NCBI GenBank assembly: GCA_902586925.1
Contig: CACIJE010000001.1
Coordinates: forward strand, 270,104-334,103
From: an uncultured SAR86 cluster bacterium
GTDB taxonomy: Bacteria > Pseudomonadota > Gammaproteobacteria > Magnimaribacterales > D2472
Direction: 5' to 3'
Length of the DNA: 64,000 nucleotides
The notes beneath the pieces are model-generated. The model searched no databases. It was not told where the DNA came from and saw nothing but the letters and a program-made list of their open reading frames with translations. This document shows, piece after piece, positions 50,053 through 58,852 of the stretch. The stretch's first letter is position 1. Each line of letters opens with the position of its first letter. A program made the position numbers and the translations under genes.

Positions 50053-50314
50053 AAAAATACTTTGTAAAAAATTAAATAGAGAGTTACCAAGTTTAATTAG
50101 TCCGCCCATGCCTGGACCAAAAGGTATCGAAATAATGAACTCTGTTTCAGCTGAAGCATGGGAGATGTGGAAATCTCACCAAACTACGCTTATAAATGAA
50201 AAGCATTTAGATATGTCTGATTCAAAAAATAGAGAATGGCTGCAGAATCAAATGGATAAATTTTTTAACAACGAAGACTATGAGAGTGCATCCGGATTCA
50301 AGGCACTTGAATAA
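50045..50314 (+). CDS. yggX: Oxidative damage protection / Fe(II)-trafficking protein YggX
   Basis: CKKL, PMPGPKG, SAEAWEMWKSHQTTLINE; follows mutY. Confidence 0.93.
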   Translation: MSKKILCKKLNRELPSLISPPMPGPKGIEIMNSVSAEAWEMWKSHQTTLINEKHLDMSDSKNREWLQNQMDKFFNNEDYESASGFKALE

Positions 50315-50406
50315 TAATTTTTTTTACGAAAAACATTAAAATTTTTTGATTTACAAAGTAAATAAAATAGAGTTTAATTTTCTTACAATAGGTTTGGGTA
50401 AATTCT

Positions 50407-53010
50407 ATGAGCGATAATTCTAATTCAAAATTTCCGTCTGAAGCTGAGGTTGTTATTGTTGGTGTAGGAGGAATTGTTGGATCTATGTTGGCCTATTGGT
50501 TAGCAGAACTTGGACAAAAAAATATTGTTGGGCTTGAGAAATCAACTATTATTCCTTCTGATATTGCTTCTACTGCTCATGCATCAGATTTTGTGTATAA
50601 CACGACACATGACAAATTAGGTTGTTGGACGACTGCATTCAGTAGAAAATTTTACGAAGATAATGGATTCTTTTTAAAAAAAGGTGGCCTAGAGATCTGC
50701 CGAAAAGATGACGATGAGCGATGGGAAGAACTTAAACGAAAAGTTGCATCAGGTAAAGCATTTGGCACGAATGTTAAATTAATATCTGCTGCTGAGGCAG
50801 TTGAGAAATTTCCATTACTTGAGGAAGAATCTTTAAAGGGAGCAATGTGGGATCCTGATGCAGGTCTTGTAGTTCCGAGATCACAAGAGGTTGTGAATTT
50901 TGCAGTTGAGAGTGCTAAAGAAAAAGGATCATTGAAAACTTTTACTAACACCCCTGCTACTGGATTTGAAACAGAAAATGGCAAAATTGTTGCAGTTAAA
51001 ACTGACAAAGGAATAATCAAAACTAAAAAAGTTGTTATTGCCTCAGGAATTTGGGGGCCTTTAATGGGAGATATGGTGGGTGTTCGAGTTCCTTTAATGC
51101 CTCTGGAACATCCACTTTTATTTTTCGGACCATATGAAGATATTCAGGAGACAAATGAACTATTGGTCTATCCTCTGCTAAGAGATCAAGGTAATTCAGC
51201 CTATGTAAGGGATACTGGAAAATTACATGGTGGGATGCTCGAATGGGGTTTTTATGAAGACAAGAATCCCAGATTAGTTGATCCTAAAGATATAGGAAAT
51301 CCAGATAAGACAATGTTATCTGATTCAATGAGGTATTTAGAGTTAGAAGAAATTGCAGAGCCTTTGGAAAAAGCATTTGAAACAACACCAATTCTCAGTG
51401 AATTAGGTTGGGATGAAAAAAGTTCATTTAATGGGCTTTTATCTGTAACAGCTGATGCAGGTTCTTTAATTGGTGAAAGTCCAGAGGTTAGAGGGTTTTG
51501 GTTATGTGAAGCTGTTTGGGTTAAAGATGGACCGGGTTGTGCCAGATTATGTGCAGAAGCTATGGTTAATGGTAAAACTCAAGTAGATATGCATTCTTTT
51601 GACATATCAAGATTCTATCCACATCAAAAAGAAAAAGATTTTGTAAAGACAAGAGCATACGAAAATTCTCAAACTATTTATACGCCTGCTGTTCACCCAA
51701 GAGAGCCATATGTTACTCAAAGAGAAATGTTTGTCAGTCCTTTCTATGAAAGGGAAAAAGAGCTTGGTGGTCATTTCGAAAACGAAGTTGCAGGTTGGGA
51801 GCGAGCTCTTGCTTATACATCTAATAGAGAAAAAATTAAACAGTATTTTAAAGACGTGCCATCAAGAGAAAATGAATGGGATACTCGTCATGTACCCTAT
51901 GATGTAGCTAATGCCGAACATTTAGCTATGAGTGATTCAGTTGGTATGATCAACTTGTCTCACTTCCCTATTATGGATATCAAAGGTCCAGATGCCGAAC
52001 GTATGTTGGAATTTCTTTCAGTTGCCAAAGTTGGAGGTAATACTCCTGAAGGTAAAGTAACTTATACAAATTTTTTAGATGAAGATGGTGGAGTTCATGC
52101 TGATCTTACTATTTCACGTCTTGGGTCTGATAGTTACAGAGTCGTAACCGGTGGTGCTGATGGAAATCGTGACTGGGTTACTCTGCGCAATTATAGGGAT
52201 GATAGTGGATTAAATGCAGACATAGATATTAGAACTCATGACATTGCGACTATAGGATTATGGGGGCCAAAAGCTGTTAATGCTTTAAGTAATTTTATAG
52301 ACTCCAACCAAATTGATATAAAAAATTTTCCTTTTGCCACAGCAAAGAACTTAACTCTTAACTTATCTGGTGGTAAAAAAGTTGATGTTTGGGCAGCAAG
52401 AATTTCATATGTTGGTGAATGTGGATGGGAAATTTACTTCAATAACAATAAAGAAGATGGTTTGGCTCTATATGATTCACTCCTTGAGGTTGGAGTGGTT
52501 CCAGTTGGTATTGAAACATATGCAAATAGCAGGCGACTAGAAAAAAGCTTCAGGCTTCAGGGAGCTGATCTTGAGACAGAATACAACTCCGTTGAAGCAG
52601 CCATACAAAGATCACTAGTTAAAGAAGCAGATTTTCATGGTAAAGCTGCTCATTTATCTCATCGTGAAGAGGATCCGTGTGCCATTCTATGTACTATGAC
52701 ATTAGATGATTTAAATGTATCAGGTATTACGAGATATCCTGTAGGTATCTGTCCAATTATTGATCCTGCCACCGGGGAGGTACCTATCGATAGCAAAGGA
52801 CGAAGATCTTATACAACAGGTATGTCCTACTGCCCTTCTATTAAAAAATTTGTTGCCATGAGTTATTTACCAAGAGAACTAGCTATTCAAGGTAAACAAC
52901 TACTTATTGAATACTTCAACGAAGATGGTGATGGAATTTATCCAATAACTGTTCAAATTGTTGGTAAGGGGTCTTTATATGATCCCAGTAATGAAAGAGT
53001 TCGATCGTAG
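50407..53010 (+). CDS. FAD-dependent oxidoreductase with GcvT-like folate-binding domain (dimethylglycine/sarcosine dehydrogenase-like)
   Basis: N-terminal Rossmann VVIVGVGGIVG, STAHA, PLRDQGNSAYVRD, GWERA, YTNFLDEDGGVHADLTI, RISYVGECGWEIY, RRLEKSFR. Confidence 0.88.
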   Translation: MSDNSNSKFPSEAEVVIVGVGGIVGSMLAYWLAELGQKNIVGLEKSTIIPSDIASTAHASDFVYNTTHDKLGCWTTAFSRKFYEDNGFFLKKGGLEICRKDDDERWEELKRKVASGKAFGTNVKLISAAEAVEKFPLLEEESLKGAMWDPDAGLVVPRSQEVVNFAVESAKEKGSLKTFTNTPATGFETENGKIVAVKTDKGIIKTKKVVIASGIWGPLMGDMVGVRVPLMPLEHPLLFFGPYEDIQETNELLVYPLLRDQGNSAYVRDTGKLHGGMLEWGFYEDKNPRLVDPKDIGNPDKTMLSDSMRYLELEEIAEPLEKAFETTPILSELGWDEKSSFNGLLSVTADAGSLIGESPEVRGFWLCEAVWVKDGPGCARLCAEAMVNGKTQVDMHSFDISRFYPHQKEKDFVKTRAYENSQTIYTPAVHPREPYVTQREMFVSPFYEREKELGGHFENEVAGWERALAYTSNREKIKQYFKDVPSRENEWDTRHVPYDVANAEHLAMSDSVGMINLSHFPIMDIKGPDAERMLEFLSVAKVGGNTPEGKVTYTNFLDEDGGVHADLTISRLGSDSYRVVTGGADGNRDWVTLRNYRDDSGLNADIDIRTHDIATIGLWGPKAVNALSNFIDSNQIDIKNFPFATAKNLTLNLSGGKKVDVWAARISYVGECGWEIYFNNNKEDGLALYDSLLEVGVVPVGIETYANSRRLEKSFRLQGADLETEYNSVEAAIQRSLVKEADFHGKAAHLSHREEDPCAILCTMTLDDLNVSGITRYPVGICPIIDPATGEVPIDSKGRRSYTTGMSYCPSIKKFVAMSYLPRELAIQGKQLLIEYFNEDGDGIYPITVQIVGKGSLYDPSNERVRS

Positions 53011-53023
53011 TTATTTTAACTTG

Positions 53024-53052
53024 ATGACAATATTTATAAACTTGCCTATAAT
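53024..53052 (+). promoter_or_regulatory. Putative sigma70 promoter of tRNA-Phe
   Basis: ATGACA (53024-53029), 17-nt spacer, TATAAT (53047-53052), 16 nt upstream of the tRNA. Confidence 0.7.
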
Positions 53053-53068
53053 CCATTGTTCAATTTAG

Positions 53069-53144
53069 GCCCAGATAGCTCAGTTGGTAGAGCAAAGGAC
53101 TGAAAATCCTTGTGTCGGTGGTTCGATCCCACCTCTGGGCACCA
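53069..53144 (+). tRNA. tRNA-Phe (GAA)
   Basis: 76 nt; acceptor GCCCAGA/TCTGGGC, D-arm GCTC..GAGC, anticodon arm AAGGA-CTGAAAA-TCCTT, T-arm GGTGG-TTCGATC-CCACC, encoded CCA. Confidence 0.98.
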
Positions 53145-53198
53145 TTTTCAAATCATTTAAAATGCTAAATTTATAAATTATTCAGTTATTATATTTTT

Positions 53199-54173
53199 AT
53201 GTTTCTAAAGAAGAAGAAATCCTACAGCTTATTTAGGAATATTAAACCCTATTTAACAGACTTTTTAGAAGTTGGTAAGCATAAAATATATTATGAGGAG
53301 TGTGGAAATCCTAATGGCAAGCCGGCTGTATTTCTTCATGGTGGTCCTGGAGGTGGGGGAAGCACAAGAGTGAGAGGATTTTTCAATCCTAAGATATACA
53401 GAATTGTAATTTTTGATCAGAGAGGTTGTGGAAGAAGTCATCCACACGGATGCCTTGAAAATAATACTACTTGGGACTTAGTTGAAGATATAGAAAAATT
53501 AAAAAATAAACTCAATATTCAGAAATGGCTTGTTTTTGGCGGATCTTGGGGAAGTACTCTCTCTTTGGCTTATGCTCAAACATATCCTAATTCAGTTTCA
53601 GAATTGATTTTACGAGGCATATTTATGCTTAGAAAAAAAGAACTAGATTGGTTTTATCAAGATGGAGCCAGCAGAATTTTCCCTGAGGCATGGGAAGCAT
53701 TTTTAAAGCCTATTGATCAAAAAGATCATCATAATCTTATGAATGCATATCATGAAATCTTTATGAGTGATGACGAAGAGAAAAAAATGAAAGCTGCAGT
53801 AGCATGGTCGAAATGGGAAGGATCTGTAAGCACTTTAAGTCATAAGCCTGATATGGTTAATTCATATACTGAATCAAAATTTGCTTTGGCTTTTGCTCTC
53901 ATTGAAAATCACTATTTTATTAATAAAGGTTTTCTCGAAAATGAAAATCAGTTAATTTCAATAGAATCAATAGATAAAATTCGTCATATTCCAGCTAAAA
54001 TAATACAAGGTAGATATGACATTGTTTGTCCCATGGAAACAGCATGGGAATTAGCAAAAAATTGGAAAGAAGCTGAATTAATAGTTGCTTCATCTTCTGG
54101 TCATAGTGCTTTTGAAAAAGAAATAACACATGAACTCATAAGAGCTACACAAGAATTTAGTAAAAATGAATAA
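53199..54173 (+). CDS. pip: Proline iminopeptidase
   Basis: GNPNGKPAVFLHGGPGGG, FDQRGCGRS, NTTWDLVEDIE, FGGSWGSTL, QGRYDIVCP, GHSAFE. Confidence 0.95.
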   Translation: MFLKKKKSYSLFRNIKPYLTDFLEVGKHKIYYEECGNPNGKPAVFLHGGPGGGGSTRVRGFFNPKIYRIVIFDQRGCGRSHPHGCLENNTTWDLVEDIEKLKNKLNIQKWLVFGGSWGSTLSLAYAQTYPNSVSELILRGIFMLRKKELDWFYQDGASRIFPEAWEAFLKPIDQKDHHNLMNAYHEIFMSDDEEKKMKAAVAWSKWEGSVSTLSHKPDMVNSYTESKFALAFALIENHYFINKGFLENENQLISIESIDKIRHIPAKIIQGRYDIVCPMETAWELAKNWKEAELIVASSSGHSAFEKEITHELIRATQEFSKNE

Positions 54174-54663
54174 CATTACATTTATTGGAATGGCTGGATG
54201 TGGAAAATCGACTATAGGTAAAGCTATTTCTATGAAGATGGGCGTCAGTTTTATAGATACTGATCTATTAATTGAAAAACAATATAAAGCATCATTAGAA
54301 GAAATTAAAAATAAATTTGATTACAAGTTTGTTAGAGCTGCTGAAGAAAAAGTGATATTAAATCTAAATTCATCTAACAAAATAATTTCAACCGGAGGAA
54401 GTGCAGTCTATTCATCTCTATCTATGGAGCATCTTCAAAGATTTTCCTCAATAATATTTATTGATACTCCACTTAATATAATAATAGAGAGGATTGATAT
54501 AGGACAGGAAAGAGGACTTGCGGTACCTCCAGGTATTTCTGTTCCTGAAGTTTATAGAGAAAGAGAACCTATTTATAAAAAATATTCTAAATTTACTTTA
54601 GACGGATCCAAAACTGTTGATGAACTTGTCGATGAAGCAGAAAAAATTTATTTAAATGAATAA
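54166..54663 (+). CDS. Shikimate-kinase-fold kinase (shikimate kinase or homoserine kinase)
   Basis: IGMAGCGKSTIG P-loop, IDTDLLIE, STGGSAVYS, RGLAVPPG, EREPIYKKYS. Confidence 0.8.
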   Translation: MNNITFIGMAGCGKSTIGKAISMKMGVSFIDTDLLIEKQYKASLEEIKNKFDYKFVRAAEEKVILNLNSSNKIISTGGSAVYSSLSMEHLQRFSSIIFIDTPLNIIIERIDIGQERGLAVPPGISVPEVYREREPIYKKYSKFTLDGSKTVDELVDEAEKIYLNE

Positions 54664-55327
54664 AACAATATTAATTGCTGGTGCCTCAGGATTAGTTGGG
54701 GGTAGACTTCTTACAAACCTTAAATCATCTGAAAATCATTTAGTCCTTTTGGGAAGAAATCAAATTGCGTCTGAAAAAAATATTAATCAGATAATTACTG
54801 ATTTTGATAATATTGAAAATTTAGAAAATAATCTGAACATCGATGAGGTGTATATTGCAATTGGTTATAAGTTAACATTATTTGAACTTCTTTATCTAAA
54901 AAGAAGTAAAAGAGAAGAATTTAGAAAAGTCGATTTCGAATACATTAGAAATATTGCTCAGTTTGCAAAAAGATGTGGGGCTAAATCAATTGGTCTGATA
55001 TCTGCTGTAGGAGCAAATAATAAGTCCTTTAATACATACCTTAATGTAAAAGGTCATATAGAAAATGAGGTTTCATCTATGGGATTTAATAAGGTTGTGA
55101 TTGGACAGCCAGGTCACTTGTTGGGATTAAGATCAAATGAAAAGATTCCTTTTAATGTAAAGGTATTTGAAGTTATAACAAATTTATTTGGATATCTCAT
55201 GTTCGGTCCGATTGAAAAATATAGAAATATCGATGCAAATAAAGTTGCCAAGGGAATGATCAATAAAATGAATGAATCGATAGATGGAACACATTATCTA
55301 AACTTTAGTAACTTTAAATACTTCTAA
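54656..55327 (+). CDS. NAD(P)H-binding oxidoreductase (YraR/TIP30-like)
   Basis: IAGASGLVG, FRKVDFEY, LISAVGAN, YLNVKGHIE, QPGHLLG. Confidence 0.82.
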   Translation: MNKTILIAGASGLVGGRLLTNLKSSENHLVLLGRNQIASEKNINQIITDFDNIENLENNLNIDEVYIAIGYKLTLFELLYLKRSKREEFRKVDFEYIRNIAQFAKRCGAKSIGLISAVGANNKSFNTYLNVKGHIENEVSSMGFNKVVIGQPGHLLGLRSNEKIPFNVKVFEVITNLFGYLMFGPIEKYRNIDANKVAKGMINKMNESIDGTHYLNFSNFKYF

Positions 55328-55431
55328 TACTATAATTGTTGTATTTTGGTGGATTTTGTATTTTATTAATTTTTTGAACTTTTTATAAAAAACTGTAATC
55401 TAAGTAGGTGTAAAACAATAATGGAATTAAT

Positions 55432-55803
55432 ATGAAAAAATATATATTTATATCTGGAATCTTTTTATCTTTGAATGTACTTGCAGATGATCATATGGCC
55501 ACAAAAAAAAATATGAAAGAAAAATTTATGGAAAATCCAAACTATATAATGAGTTTCAAGGATTGTAAGGAAACCAAAGATGGTATATTGGGTTTATTAG
55601 CATTAAATGAGTCAATATGGAATGAGATTGAAAAAGATCCAGAAAATGAAGAGAAATGGTTAGAAGTTTCTATCGTTGCTGATTTAGCAGCTAATTATTC
55701 AACAATTTATGATGTATTTTGTAAAGATATGATTAACCATAGAATGAAATTAAGAATGATGGCTGATAAAAAGAAGAAAAACAAAGACAAGAAAGATGAC
55801 TAA
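55432..55803 (+). CDS. Hypothetical exported protein
   Basis: Signal peptide MKKYIFISGIFLSLNVLA/DDH, two Cys, Lys-rich tail; no family recognised. Confidence 0.7.
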   Translation: MKKYIFISGIFLSLNVLADDHMATKKNMKEKFMENPNYIMSFKDCKETKDGILGLLALNESIWNEIEKDPENEEKWLEVSIVADLAANYSTIYDVFCKDMINHRMKLRMMADKKKKNKDKKDD

Positions 55804-56024
55804 AATTTTCCTCTTTGAAACCTCATTCTTATTGTATAGACTCTGATTAACGCTATTACAGTAATTATTAACTGAATAAACATAGATATTTTCAGTGGGT
55901 CAGACCATTGCCAGCTATCGATTGTTAACCACAAAAGAAATGTCTGTAATGGAAAATTAATTAATGCTCCCATTAATACTACGATAACTGACTCTCTCAA
56001 AGCAATTTTCTCTGTTTTATTCAT
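55800..56024 (-). CDS. Small hypothetical membrane protein (2 TM)
   Basis: 74 aa with two hydrophobic helices; fills the gap downstream of ybjQ-like gene. Confidence 0.6.
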   Translation of the reverse strand: MNKTEKIALRESVIVVLMGALINFPLQTFLLWLTIDSWQWSDPLKISMFIQLIITVIALIRVYTIRMRFQRGKF

Positions 56025-56032
56025 AAAATATC

Positions 56033-56359
56033 CTATTTAATTTTTACTGCTGTTCCATATGCAAGAATTTCTGCTGCTCCTTGAGCAATAGTTGAAGTTT
56101 GAAACCTGAAACCTAATATTGCGTCTGCCTCTTTAGATTTTGCATCTTCAATCATTCTTGAATAAGCCTGTTCTCTTGAGGTTTGTAAGAGTTTTGAGTA
56201 ACCTACTAATTCACCACCAACAATATTTTTTATATTTGCTAAAAAGTCTGATCCTAAGTTCCTTGCTCTTACAGTGCTTCCTTGCACTAAACCTATATGT
56301 TCTTTAATTATAATATCTCCTATATCATAAGTAGTTACAACTATAATATCTTTGTTCAT
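56033..56359 (-). CDS. YbjQ/UPF0145 family protein
   Basis: GLVQGSTVR, KNIVGGELVGY, ADAILGFRF, EILAYGTAVK. Start reassigned to ATG 56359. Confidence 0.9.
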   Translation of the reverse strand: MNKDIIVVTTYDIGDIIIKEHIGLVQGSTVRARNLGSDFLANIKNIVGGELVGYSKLLQTSREQAYSRMIEDAKSKEADAILGFRFQTSTIAQGAAEILAYGTAVKIK

Positions 56360-56395
56360 GAAATTTTCCTTAAAATGGTTTAAGTTATTAATATA

Positions 56396-56728
56396 ATGCA
56401 AGATTTAATAGAAGCAAAATTTTCGATTGGAAATATTGTAAAGCACAAATTTCTAAATTTTCGAGGTGTTATTTTTGATCTTGATCCATCTTTTAATAAT
56501 ACCGAAGAATGGTATAACTCAATACCTAAAAACTTTAGGCCAAGAAAAGATCAACCTTTTTATCATGTATTTGCAGAGAACGAGGAAATTTTTTATATCG
56601 CTTATGTATCTGAACAAAATTTGATCTCTGATTGCTCAAGTGGACCTGCCAATCATCCAGACATCAAAAAAATTTTTTCCCATTTCAATGGCAAAACATA
56701 CATTCCACATAATGTTGCAACTAATTAA
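56396..56728 (+). CDS. hspQ: Heat shock protein HspQ (hemimethylated DNA-binding YccV-like)
   Basis: AKFSIGNIVKH, FRGVIFDLDP, RPRKDQPFYH, AYVSEQNL. Confidence 0.92.
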   Translation: MQDLIEAKFSIGNIVKHKFLNFRGVIFDLDPSFNNTEEWYNSIPKNFRPRKDQPFYHVFAENEEIFYIAYVSEQNLISDCSSGPANHPDIKKIFSHFNGKTYIPHNVATN

Positions 56729-57936
56729 ATATCAATACCATAGTGAGCAACTTCAACAGCAGTAATAAATACATTCATTGCATCAGCTAACTCATCTTTT
56801 GTTACAAATGTAGGTGCCAGACGAATTACGCTATCATTAGGGTCATAATTCTTTGGAAAAGTAGATCCAGCCGGAGTTATAAGCACTCCTAAATCTGAAC
56901 AAAGTTTTACAACCAGCGACGCTATTGGTTTAGAAGTTGAATAGGTAATAAAGTATCCACCGGTAGGTCTCGAAAATGTACCACAATCATTTGAGAGTTT
57001 TTCAAGATAGTCATATGCTAATTCAAACTTAGGCCTCACCAATGCCGCATGTTTTTCCATATGTAATCTTACATTCTCAATATTTTTAAAGAATTCAACA
57101 TGTCTTTTTTGATTCAATTTATCAGGACAAATAATCATTGTTGTTCTAACTTTTTTGATGAGTTCTAAAGAGTCTCCTGATGTTGCCATAAATGAAATAC
57201 CACCTCCACCAAAAGTAACTTTTGAAAAGGAGGTAGTTACCACAGTTTGATTTTGAACTTTTGACTCTTCAACCACTTGCCACAAAGGTTTTTGTTCTGG
57301 TGTTGGCAAAAAATCATGAATAAGGTATGCGTGGTCAAAAAGAAATAAAAATTTATTTGAGTATTTAGATCCTATTTCAAACATTTTTGATAGGTTGCTA
57401 TCTGAATAGATCTCTCCAGATGGATTTGAATGTTTAGGAACGCATAATATTCCAACAAAATTCCCATCTTTTTTTAAGGTTTCTTCTAATGCATTTAAGT
57501 CTACTCCGTCTTCAACTAAAGGTATGGGTACAGCCTCAATACCGAAATCTTCAAGCATCATAAAATGTCTGTCAAATCCAGGTACAGGACAAATCATTTT
57601 GGGATTTTCTAAATTTTTCCAAGGAGTTGGCTTAGCAAATAAATAATTTGAGAGAACGGTTTGATATGTTAAAAGTAAACTAGATTGCTCGCCGGCAAGA
57701 ATATTCTCAATCGGAGCGCTTAGTAACTCTGATCCAAGTCTTCTTGCTTCTATTATTCCAAATTGTTCACCATAATTCCTAAGATCTGCACCATCTTCTG
57801 AAATAAAAGGTATCGTCATATCAATAAGCTCATTCGATAAATCAAGCTGATCTTTGTCGGGCTTCCCACGAGTAATGTCTATTGATAATTGCTTTTCTTT
57901 TAAGGAATTGAATCTTTCTATAATTTCTTGGTGCAT
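56725..57936 (-). CDS. PLP-dependent aminotransferase, subgroup Ic aspartate aminotransferase-like
   Basis: ITRGKP..DQLDLS, CPVPGFDRHF, VPKHSNPSG, DHAY, SFSKVTF, DKLNQKRH, IRLAPT. Confidence 0.82.
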   Translation of the reverse strand: MHQEIIERFNSLKEKQLSIDITRGKPDKDQLDLSNELIDMTIPFISEDGADLRNYGEQFGIIEARRLGSELLSAPIENILAGEQSSLLLTYQTVLSNYLFAKPTPWKNLENPKMICPVPGFDRHFMMLEDFGIEAVPIPLVEDGVDLNALEETLKKDGNFVGILCVPKHSNPSGEIYSDSNLSKMFEIGSKYSNKFLFLFDHAYLIHDFLPTPEQKPLWQVVEESKVQNQTVVTTSFSKVTFGGGGISFMATSGDSLELIKKVRTTMIICPDKLNQKRHVEFFKNIENVRLHMEKHAALVRPKFELAYDYLEKLSNDCGTFSRPTGGYFITYSTSKPIASLVVKLCSDLGVLITPAGSTFPKNYDPNDSVIRLAPTFVTKDELADAMNVFITAVEVAHYGIDI

Positions 57937-57964
57937 AATATATCTGTAATTTTATACTAACATC

Positions 57965-58852
57965 ATGATTAATTACTTAATATTTATATCTTTAATAATT
58001 ATTTTAATCGTATTGATTTATCTTATATATAGCATTAAAAATAAAGAAACTTATGAAAAAGGTGGGACTCAAACTCTTCAAAATAAACTTGATGAAGTTT
58101 CAAATGACATTAATAAGATAGAGATAGATTTAGCATCTGTGACGACTCCAATTAATGAGCTGAACAGATTTTTAGGTGGCAATGTTACTACTGGTCGACT
58201 TGGTGAATGGAGCTTGGAATCAATTGTTCAAGATATCATGCCAACCGACAGCTATAAATTTCAAGCTCAGATTAATCCAGAAACCACTGATAGAGTGGAT
58301 TGTGCTATTACTAGTGCCGAAGGTTTTATCATTCCAATTGATTCAAAATTTTATTCAGGTCAATACCAAAGTTACCAATCTGCTAGTAATGACTCTGACA
58401 GAAAAAAGATTTTAAGAGATCTAAGAACAGCAATATTAAGGGATGCTGAGAATATTTCAGATAAATATATCTTACAAAATACGACATCTAACTATGCAGT
58501 GTTATATATAGCCTCCGAAAAGCTTGTTGATCTTGTAGATAAAATAGAGGACTTAAGACAAGAATGTCTTGCTGAGAAAAAGATGTTAATACTTGGGCCC
58601 AATACGCTTGCTGCATTCCTTGATACGATCAGGGTTGGACACCATTATTTAAAACTAAATGAAACAGCTGCAAAGGTTGCTAAGGTAGTTAGTGGTATTC
58701 AAAAAGAATTTTCGAATTTAGATTTAAGTACTGAATCAGTCATAAAAAGGTTAGATGCAACATTAAAAGATGTTCAAAGTCTGCAAACCAGAGTTAATGT
58801 TTTAGGTAATAAACTCGAAAAAGGTGCAGAAAGCCTTGAAGAAGACAAATAA
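57965..58852 (+). CDS. rmuC: DNA recombination protein RmuC
   Basis: N-terminal TM, GRLGEWSLE, IPIDSKF, YAVLYIASE, LGPNTLAA. Confidence 0.85.
   Translation: MINYLIFISLIIILIVLIYLIYSIKNKETYEKGGTQTLQNKLDEVSNDINKIEIDLASVTTPINELNRFLGGNVTTGRLGEWSLESIVQDIMPTDSYKFQAQINPETTDRVDCAITSAEGFIIPIDSKFYSGQYQSYQSASNDSDRKKILRDLRTAILRDAENISDKYILQNTTSNYAVLYIASEKLVDLVDKIEDLRQECLAEKKMLILGPNTLAAFLDTIRVGHHYLKLNETAAKVAKVVSGIQKEFSNLDLSTESVIKRLDATLKDVQSLQTRVNVLGNKLEKGAESLEEDK

Noticed and set aside
50315-50406. Glycine or other riboswitch upstream of the GcvT-domain gene
   Set aside because: The region is only 92 bp, very AT-rich, and shows no GGAGA/GAAGG aptamer core or stable stems.
53069-57936. tRNA-Phe-anchored genomic island or prophage
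   Set aside because: There is no integrase or phage gene, and I saw no duplicated tRNA 3' end downstream; most genes are ordinary metabolic families.
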